Source: a virus
Lineage: Duplodnaviria; Heunggongvirae; Uroviricota; Caudoviricetes
Reading direction: 5' to 3' (one strand)
DNA: 4,488 nt
Virus record (IMG/VR): IMGVR_UViG_3300029512_000078
This document shows, one piece after another, positions 1-4,488 of the stretch. Each line of letters begins with the position of its first letter. Within the stretch, counting starts at the first letter, position 1. The notes under the pieces are model-generated. The model was not told the DNA's origin and did no database searches. It was given only the letters and a program-made list of their open reading frames with translations. A program made the position numbers and the translations under genes.

Positions 1-788
1 ATGGTATTGAAGTTCGTCGTGATGCTTATGGGCGTTACAGCCTGAACGATCTGCACAGGGCAGCCGGGGGAGAACAAAAAAACCGCCCGAAATACTGGAT
101 CTCCAATAAGCAAACCTGTGAATTGATTGAACAACTTTTCACCGAGGGTGGAATTCCGCCTCTGGAACAAAATCAACCAGTTAGCGTCATTAATGGCGGA
201 AATAACCAGGGGACGTATGTCTGCAAAGAACTGGTGTATGCCTATGCAATGTGGATCAGCCCGTCATTCCATCTGAAGGTGATCCGTACTTTCGACATGG
301 TAACCAGCGCACCGGAAAAATTATCCGGACAGGCTGCTGACAAGATGCAGGCTGGCGTGATCCTGCTGGACTTTATGCGCCGGGAATTAAATCTGTCTAA
401 CTCATCAGTGCTTGGAGCCTGTCAGAAGCTTCAGGAGGCTGTTGGCTTACCGAATCTGGCACCGCGCTATGCCATTGATGCTCCTGCTGATGCACACGAT
501 GGCTCAAGTCGCCCGACACTGTCACTGAGTGCACTGTTGAAACAGTATGGTATCCGCCTGACGGCTAATCAGGCATATCACCAGATGGTGAAGCTGGGGA
601 TCGTTGAACAACGCGAACGATACAGCCGTACCGCGATTAACAACATCAAAAAATTCTGGTCGCTGACCGCGAAAGGCTGCATGTTCGGCAAGAACATCAC
701 CAGTCCTGCAAATCCGCGCGAGACGCAGCCGCATTTCTTCGAATCCCGATTTCCTGAGCTGTTAAAGCTGCTCGATACCGTTCATTGA
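1..788 (+). CDS. KilA-N domain / phage antirepressor-like protein, 5'-partial (gene starts upstream of window)
   Basis: Frame beginning at nt 3 is open with no stop until TGA 786-788. The TTG at 123 used by the ORF track is probably internal, since the upstream in-frame translation (GIEVRRDAYGRYSLNDLHRAAGG...KYWISNKQTCELIEQL...GGNNQGTYVCKELVYAYAMWISPSFHLKV) matches the KilA-N core pattern (GG..QGTW/YV...A..FA.W.SP.F). The C-terminal half resembles KilA-C/antirepressor C-terminal regions. Family assignment is from memory of domain patterns. Confidence 0.7.
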   Translation, partial: GIEVRRDAYGRYSLNDLHRAAGGEQKNRPKYWISNKQTCELIEQLFTEGGIPPLEQNQPVSVINGGNNQGTYVCKELVYAYAMWISPSFHLKVIRTFDMVTSAPEKLSGQAADKMQAGVILLDFMRRELNLSNSSVLGACQKLQEAVGLPNLAPRYAIDAPADAHDGSSRPTLSLSALLKQYGIRLTANQAYHQMVKLGIVEQRERYSRTAINNIKKFWSLTAKGCMFGKNITSPANPRETQPHFFESRFPELLKLLDTVH

Positions 789-789
789 G

Positions 790-1785
790 GTGACTGTGAG
801 AGCACTACTGACCCCTGAAATTGCCCCGCGTATGGGGATCGTATTGTTCAGACCCGGTTCAGAGCTGATGCCCCTGTTTATGCAGGGGCGTGTCCTGCTG
901 GAGCCTGAGCCGGAGCGTTATTCATCTTTCGCCAGTGGTGCCGTTCCGGCGGCATCACAACCGCTGGCGGATGATCCTGCCGTTCGGGCCGTGTTCCGCA
1001 ATGAGGCAGTGATCCGTCGTGCTGGTGGTGTGGAATGTCTTGAAAGCTGGTTACTTCGTGAAAAGGGCTGTCAGTGGCCTCATTCCGGCTGGCACAGCGA
1101 GAACATGACAACAATGCGACACGCGCCGGGCGCAATCCGTCTGTGCTGGCACTGCGATAACCAGTTGCGCGATCAGTTCACGGAACGGCTGGAATCAATG
1201 GCAACGGATAACTGTGCCCGCTGGGTGTTGTCTGTTGTGCGTCGGGATCTCGGTTTTGATGACAGTCACGTTGTGACAATGCCTGAACTGTGCTGGTGGC
1301 TGATTCGTAATGATCTGGCGGATGCCTTACCGGAAAGTGCAGCCCGTAAGGCACTGAGATTACCGAAGCCTGTTGTGCCGTCTGTCACCCGGGAAAGTGA
1401 TCTTGTGCCTTCGGTTCCTGCCACCAGCATCATCCAGGATAAAGCGAAAAAGGTGCTGGCGCTGAAAGTGGATCCGGAGTCGCCGGAGTCTTTTATGTTA
1501 CGCCCAAAACGTCGCCGCTGGGTTAATGAAAAGTACACGCGCTGGGTTAAGACGCAGCCGTGCGCATGTTGCGGAAAGCCTGCTGATGATGCCCACCACC
1601 TGATTGGTCATGGTCAGGGTGGAATGGGTACAAAAGCGCATGACCTTTTTGTGTTGCCTTTGTGCAGAAAACACCATGACGAACTGCATGCGGATACCGT
1701 GGCATTTGAAGAGAAGTATGGTTCCCAACTGGAGCTGATATTTCGTTTTATCGATCGCGCGCTGGCGATTGGTGTGCTGTCCTGA
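790..1785 (+). CDS. DUF968-type prophage protein (YdfU-like) with C-terminal HNH-like Zn-finger/His-Me motif
   Basis: 331-codon ORF starting with GTG at 790, one nt after the upstream stop (possible translational coupling); the alternative ATG at 832 has no obvious SD. C-terminus [21 protein letters not shown]...[17 protein letters not shown] fits the HNH pattern CxxCG..HH..GG..N/H..LCxxH..H. Position between antirepressor-like gene and Q matches where DUF968 genes sit in lambdoid prophages (recalled, not searched). Confidence 0.7.
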   Translation: MTVRALLTPEIAPRMGIVLFRPGSELMPLFMQGRVLLEPEPERYSSFASGAVPAASQPLADDPAVRAVFRNEAVIRRAGGVECLESWLLREKGCQWPHSGWHSENMTTMRHAPGAIRLCWHCDNQLRDQFTERLESMATDNCARWVLSVVRRDLGFDDSHVVTMPELCWWLIRNDLADALPESAARKALRLPKPVVPSVTRESDLVPSVPATSIIQDKAKKVLALKVDPESPESFMLRPKRRRWVNEKYTRWVKTQPCACCGKPADDAHHLIGHGQGGMGTKAHDLFVLPLCRKHHDELHADTVAFEEKYGSQLELIFRFIDRALAIGVLS

Positions 1786-1802
1786 TTTTGTGGAGAAAGT
1801 TG

Positions 1803-2186
1803 ATGCGTGATATTCAGATGGTTCTTGAACGCTGGGGTGCATGGGCGGCAAATAATCATGAGGATGTGACCTGGTCGTCCATTGCTGCCGGTTTTAAGGG
1901 ATTAATTCCTTCAAAAGTAAAATCTCGCCTGCAATGTTGTGACGATGACGCGATGATCATTTGCGGGTGCATGGCCCGTCTGAAAAAGAACAACAGCGAT
2001 TTACACGATTTATTAGTAGATTATTATGTATGTGGTATGACATTCATGTCACTGGCAAGTAAGCATTGCTGCTCGGATGGTTATATCGGGAAAAGGTTAC
2101 AGAAGGCTGAGGGCATAATTGAAGGGATGTTAATGACATTAGATATCCGGTTAGATATGGATATCGTTGCTAATAATTCTAATTGA
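1803..2186 (+). CDS. quuD: Late-gene transcription antiterminator Q (phage 82 / DLP12 QuuD-like family)
   Basis: 127-aa product [26 protein letters not shown]...[16 protein letters not shown]...[17 protein letters not shown], recognised as Q82-family antiterminator with Cys-rich Zn-binding motifs. ATG at 1803 is preceded by GGAG (1792-1795) at 7-nt spacing; the ORF-track start at 1788 is a TTG and less likely. Symbol is by resemblance to the E. coli K-12 DLP12 gene; the upstream genes differ from K-12 DLP12, so locus identity is uncertain. Confidence 0.8.
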   Translation: MRDIQMVLERWGAWAANNHEDVTWSSIAAGFKGLIPSKVKSRLQCCDDDAMIICGCMARLKKNNSDLHDLLVDYYVCGMTFMSLASKHCCSDGYIGKRLQKAEGIIEGMLMTLDIRLDMDIVANNSN

Positions 2187-2209
2187 TATGCAATTGTTTA
2201 CTAAAAGTT

Positions 2210-2237
2210 ATTAAAAATGGGGCGTGGAAACGCCCCC
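2210..2237 (-). terminator. Candidate intrinsic terminator for minus-strand transcripts (7-bp GC stem, GNRA-like loop, U-run)
   Basis: Plus strand GGGGCGT-GGAA-ACGCCCC (2219-2236); on the minus strand the hairpin is followed by ATTTTTAA (complement of 2211-2218). On the plus strand no T-run follows, so it is unidirectional for the minus strand. Lies about 150 nt downstream of the porin stop, across an N-gap. Confidence 0.45.
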
Positions 2238-2280
2238 AAAATAAAGGGTAATATATAACAGAAGGTTTATATAGTAAGAA

Positions 2281-2311
2281 NNNNNNNNNNNNNNNNNNNN
2301 NNNNNNNNNNN
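2281..2311. other. Run of 31 undetermined bases (N)
   Basis: Directly visible in sequence; content unknown. Confidence 1.
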
Positions 2312-2333
2312 AAGTGGCTTGAGGGCTCCACTT

Positions 2334-2374
2334 ATATGTTGCGGAGGCAAAGCCTCCCGCAACATATCTTTTTC
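2334..2374 (+). terminator. Rho-independent terminator for plus-strand transcripts (candidate tR'-like late terminator downstream of Q)
   Basis: ATATGTTGCGGAGGC-AAA-GCCTCCCGCAACATAT forms a roughly 15-bp stem with one bulged C, followed on the plus strand by CTTTTTC (2368-2374). On the minus strand the hairpin is preceded by an A-run and not followed by a T-run. A shorter hairpin AAGTGG...CCACTT (2312-2333) lies immediately upstream. Confidence 0.6.
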
Positions 2375-2384
2375 GTAAGTCAGA

Positions 2385-3467
2385 TTAGAACTGATAAACC
2401 AGACCTACAGCGGCGATGTCGTCGGTATCAATACCAGCTGTTTTGGTAAACTTACTATCGTCAATTAAGTTGATTTTGTAATCAACAAAAGTGGACATGT
2501 TTTTATTAAAGTAGTAAGTAGCACCGACATCGACATACTTGACTAAGTCTCGGTCACCATGAACACCAAGGTCTTTACCTTTTGACTGAAGGTAAGCAAC
2601 AGATGGGCGCAGACCGAAGTCAAACTGATATTGTGCTACTGCTTCAAAGTTTTGTGCTTTGTTTGCAATATGGTTATTACCAAAAACGGTCATATTCTGA
2701 GTTTCAGAATATGTGGTAGCCAGATAGATATTGTTCGCATCATATTTCAGGCCTGCAGCCCATACTTCCGCATTTTTGCCGGAGGCATTGAATTTGCTCT
2801 TACCATAGGCGACCTGACCGTCAGTGCGATCTGATTTAGCATAGGTTGCACCCACGCCGAATCCTTCATACTCATAAGTAGTGGAGAAACCGAAACCATC
2901 ACCATTGGCTTCAGTTACGTCAGTGCGGTCATTTTTACCCTGATACTGAGCAGCAAAGTTCAGGCCATCGACCAGACCAAAGAAGTCGTTGTTACGATAA
3001 GTTGCAACACCAGTTGCACGTTGAGTCATGAACACGTCGGTTTGAGTCCAAGTGTCACCACCGAATTCTGGCAGGACGTCAGTCCACGCACCGATGTCGT
3101 ATGCTACACCGTAGTTACGGCCGTAATCGATGGAGCCGTAGTCACCGAATTTCAGGCCAGCGAAGGCAAGACGGGTTTTATCTTTGGAGGAACCTTGAGA
3201 TTCAGCGCGGTTGCCTTTGAATTCATATTCCCACTGACCGAAACCAGTCAGTTGATCGTTGATTTGGGTTTCACCTTTGAAGCCAAGACGGGCATAAGTA
3301 GTATCACCATCATCTGCATCATTAGAGGAGAAGTAGTGCTTAGCATTAACTTTCCCGTACAGATCCAGCTTGTTACTGTCTTTATTATAAATTTCAGCTG
3401 CCTGAGCAGACATCGCCATCAGTACTGATGCAGCTACAGCAGAAATTGCCACTGTTAATTTTTTCAT
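2385..3467 (-). CDS. nmpC: Outer-membrane general porin (OmpC/OmpF/PhoE/NmpC family), prophage-encoded moron
   Basis: 360-aa product starting [23 protein letters not shown] (signal peptide, AQA-AE cleavage) then [17 protein letters not shown]..., contains the L3 constriction motif PEFGG and ends in the OMP beta-signal ...VGLVYQF. The ORF-track N-terminal extension to 3527 ([11 protein letters not shown]...) is rejected in favour of ATG 3465-3467. Symbol by analogy with the DLP12 porin located between quuD and essD; could equally be another prophage porin paralog. Confidence 0.9.
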   Translation of the reverse strand: MKKLTVAISAVAASVLMAMSAQAAEIYNKDSNKLDLYGKVNAKHYFSSNDADDGDTTYARLGFKGETQINDQLTGFGQWEYEFKGNRAESQGSSKDKTRLAFAGLKFGDYGSIDYGRNYGVAYDIGAWTDVLPEFGGDTWTQTDVFMTQRATGVATYRNNDFFGLVDGLNFAAQYQGKNDRTDVTEANGDGFGFSTTYEYEGFGVGATYAKSDRTDGQVAYGKSKFNASGKNAEVWAAGLKYDANNIYLATTYSETQNMTVFGNNHIANKAQNFEAVAQYQFDFGLRPSVAYLQSKGKDLGVHGDRDLVKYVDVGATYYFNKNMSTFVDYKINLIDDSKFTKTAGIDTDDIAAVGLVYQF

Positions 3468-3737
3468 CGTGAGCCCTTTTTTTGAACTATTATTAAAAAA
3501 TGATGTCACTGCGCGATAAATATTCATCTAATCAATGTGATTATTTCAAGATGTAAGTTTTGGTTTCTCGTTTGATTTGTGAAGTAGATCTCTATTTTTA
3601 TCTGAACTTTTTTCTATCGAATCCTATTCATGGCTCTTGGCTGAATAAAAATAAATCTATTAGCCAATTTATATTAATGTCTGTTATTTATAAGTGCTCT
3701 ATAATTTGAAGGTTCAATTTAAACCGGCTAAAAATAA
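3468..3737 (-). promoter_or_regulatory. AT-rich upstream region of porin gene (promoter/5'UTR; likely binding sites for nucleoid or porin regulators)
   Basis: About 270 bp of strongly AT-rich DNA with many A/T tracts immediately upstream of the porin start on the minus strand. Exact -35/-10 not assignable because too many near-consensus hexamers occur in such AT-rich DNA. Confidence 0.4.
3700..3705 (+). promoter_or_regulatory. Perfect TATAAT -10 hexamer on plus strand (candidate late promoter pR'-like or divergent promoter); weak -35
   Basis: TATAAT at 3700-3705; the best -35 at 17-bp spacing is poor (ATGTCT). A transcript starting near 3712 would end at the 3887-3919 terminator after about 200 nt, similar in length to lambda 6S RNA (194 nt). 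Chance occurrence in AT-rich DNA is quite possible. Confidence 0.25.
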
Positions 3738-3747
3738 NNNNNNNNNN
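3738..3747. other. Run of 10 undetermined bases (N)
   Basis: Directly visible in sequence. Confidence 1.
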
Positions 3748-3828
3748 GGTTATTTGTTGAGATTTGCTTATGTATTTGTAGTGGTGTTTTCAATACTCGG
3801 TAGCATTCTCGCAAATATCATTTAGTGG

Positions 3829-3842
3829 TTTACGTACGTAAA
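3829..3842. repeat. 14-bp perfect palindrome TTTACGTACGTAAA (candidate operator for a dimeric DNA-binding protein)
   Basis: Sequence 3829-3842 is its own reverse complement. It overlaps a weak plus-strand promoter-like arrangement (TTTACG, 16 bp, TATGCT at 3851-3856). Confidence 0.35.
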
Positions 3843-3886
3843 AAATTGGTTATGCTATTAAGAGTGGTCACTTCGTCACACAGCTT

Positions 3887-3919
3887 AAACCCGCCGTCGA
3901 GCGGGTTTTTCCATTTTTT
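3887..3919 (+). terminator. Rho-independent terminator on plus strand upstream of holin gene (second tR' candidate)
   Basis: AAACCCGC-CGTCGA-GCGGGTTT stem-loop (3887-3908) followed by TTCCATTTTTTG (T-run to 3919). Confidence 0.6.
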
Positions 3920-4031
3920 GAGTCTCGATATTAGCTGATAACCCAATACCTGAGTTATTCACTGACTCCGAGTCTGTTACGTTTCGTAGTATTCCCTCAA
4001 TTTACACCCGCTTTGTCTGCGAGGTGGGGTT

Positions 4032-4247
4032 ATGAAATCCATGGATAAGTTAACAACGGGTGTCGCCTATGGCACCTCAGCAGGTAGTGCCGGATACTGG
4101 TTTTTACAGCTGCTAGATAAAGTCACGCCCTCACAGTGGGCGGCAATTGGAGTGCTGGGTAGCCTGGTATTTGGCCTGCTGACGTACCTGACAAACCTTT
4201 ATTTCAAGATTAAAGAAGATAAGCGCAAGGCTGCGAGAGGTGGATAA
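4032..4247 (+). CDS. essD: Class II holin (phage 21 S21-type pinholin) with dual-start motif
   Basis: 71-aa product [71 protein letters not shown], with two TM segments and a charged C-terminus, closely resembling S21/EssD as recalled. Met1-Lys-Ser-Met4 gives starts at 4032 and 4041 (antiholin S71 / holin S68 arrangement). SD GAGGTG at 4021-4026. Confidence 0.9.
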
Positions 4248-4488
4248 TGCCTCCATCATTACGAAAAGCTGTTGCTGCTGCTATTGGTGGCGGGGCTATT
4301 GCTATAGCATCTGTGTTAATCACTGGCCCAAGTGGTAACGATGGTCTGGAAGGTGTCAGTTACATACCATACAAAGATATTGTTGGCGTATGGACTGTAT
4401 GTCACGGACACACCGGAAAAGACATTATGCTCGGTAAAACGTATACCGAAGCAGAATGCAAAGCCCTCCTGAATAAAGACCTTGCCAC
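4247..4488 (+). CDS. rrrD: SAR endolysin (phage 21 R21 / T4-lysozyme-type), 3'-partial, runs off window end
   Basis: ATG at 4247-4249 overlaps the holin stop (TAATG). Open frame to the window end encodes [59 protein letters not shown]..., with a Gly/Ala-rich signal-anchor-release helix followed by the catalytic E-x8-D-x5-T triad (E in LEG, D in KDI, T in WTV). Absent from the ORF track only because no stop falls in the window. Confidence 0.9.
   Translation, partial: MPPSLRKAVAAAIGGGAIAIASVLITGPSGNDGLEGVSYIPYKDIVGVWTVCHGHTGKDIMLGKTYTEAECKALLNKDLA

Larger units (their letters stand above)
1..4488 (+). mobile_element. Lambdoid prophage segment: late-regulation (Q) region, porin moron and start of lysis cassette
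   Basis: Gene content and order (KilA-N antirepressor-like, DUF968, Q antiterminator, S21-like pinholin, SAR endolysin) is typical of lambdoid phages; no integrase or att site is in the window, so boundaries are unknown. Confidence 0.8.

Noticed and set aside
123-125. TTG at 123 as start of first CDS
   Set aside because: The reading frame is open from nt 3 and the upstream translation belongs to the same KilA-N domain, so the gene starts upstream of the window.
522-734. 70-aa ORF on minus strand
   Set aside because: Lies entirely antisense inside the KilA-N-like CDS; no SD or homology signal; typical shadow ORF.
878-1135. 85-aa ORF on minus strand
   Set aside because: Antisense within the DUF968 CDS; Pro/Ala/His/Arg-rich low-complexity translation typical of GC-rich antisense frames.
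1788-1802. TTG at 1788 as Q start (ORF-track start MWRKL...)
   Set aside because: ATG at 1803 has a GGAG SD at proper spacing and gives the 127-aa length expected for QuuD-like Q proteins.
1266-1859. Three overlapping minus-strand ORFs (1266..1538, 1498..1851, 1614..1859)
   Set aside because: All antisense to the DUF968 and Q genes; mutually overlapping in different frames; no support as real genes.
2631-3428. Plus-strand ORFs 2631..2834 and 3021..3428
   Set aside because: Antisense shadows within the well-supported porin CDS.
3468-3527. N-terminal extension of porin ORF to 3527 ([20 protein letters not shown]...)
   Set aside because: A canonical signal peptide begins at the internal Met (ATG 3465-3467), giving a 360-aa porin of the usual length; the extension runs into the AT-rich promoter region.
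3748-3930. Possible tRNA gene between porin and holin (lambdoid phages often carry tRNAs near Q/S)
   Set aside because: No GTTCGAATCC-like T-arm, no CCA-adjacent acceptor pairing and no cloverleaf could be recognised by eye; not supported.
3852-3938. 28-aa small ORF (MLLRVVTSSHSLNPPSSGFFHFLSLDIS)
   Set aside because: Spans the intrinsic terminator hairpin, has no SD, and has low-complexity composition; more likely non-coding leader.
2187-4031. Toxin (stx-like) or other virulence cargo in the Q-S interval
   Set aside because: The only coding sequence in the interval is the porin; no A/B toxin-like ORFs are present.
1-4488. CRISPR arrays, IS elements, integrase or att sites
   Set aside because: No regularly spaced direct repeats, no transposase-like ORFs and no terminal inverted repeats were seen in the window.

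Overview
This window reads as a lambdoid prophage segment from an enterobacterial genome (E. coli/Shigella-like), spanning the end of the early/nin-type region through the late-gene switch into the lysis cassette. All calls are from reading the sequence and ORF track; no database search was run. Gene order: (i) a 5'-truncated KilA-N/antirepressor-like gene (<1..788, +); (ii) a DUF968-type protein with Cys/His HNH-like motifs (790..1785, +); (iii) a Q-family late antiterminator resembling DLP12 QuuD / phage 82 Q (1803..2186, +); (iv) a general porin of the OmpC/OmpF/PhoE/NmpC family on the opposite strand (2385..3467, -), sitting as a moron between Q and the lysis genes and flanked by stem-loop terminators; (v) an AT-rich intergenic region with a 14-bp perfect palindrome and a strong intrinsic terminator; (vi) a phage-21-type pinholin with dual-start motif (4032..4247, +); (vii) the 5' part of a SAR endolysin overlapping the holin stop (4247..>4488, +). 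Two N-runs (2281-2311, 3738-3747) flank the porin cassette and hide sequence where late-promoter/qut elements could lie. I see no clearly novel system: this is a well-known module architecture (Q - porin moron - S/R as in DLP12). The least characterised parts are the DUF968 protein and the unassigned regulatory elements around the porin.
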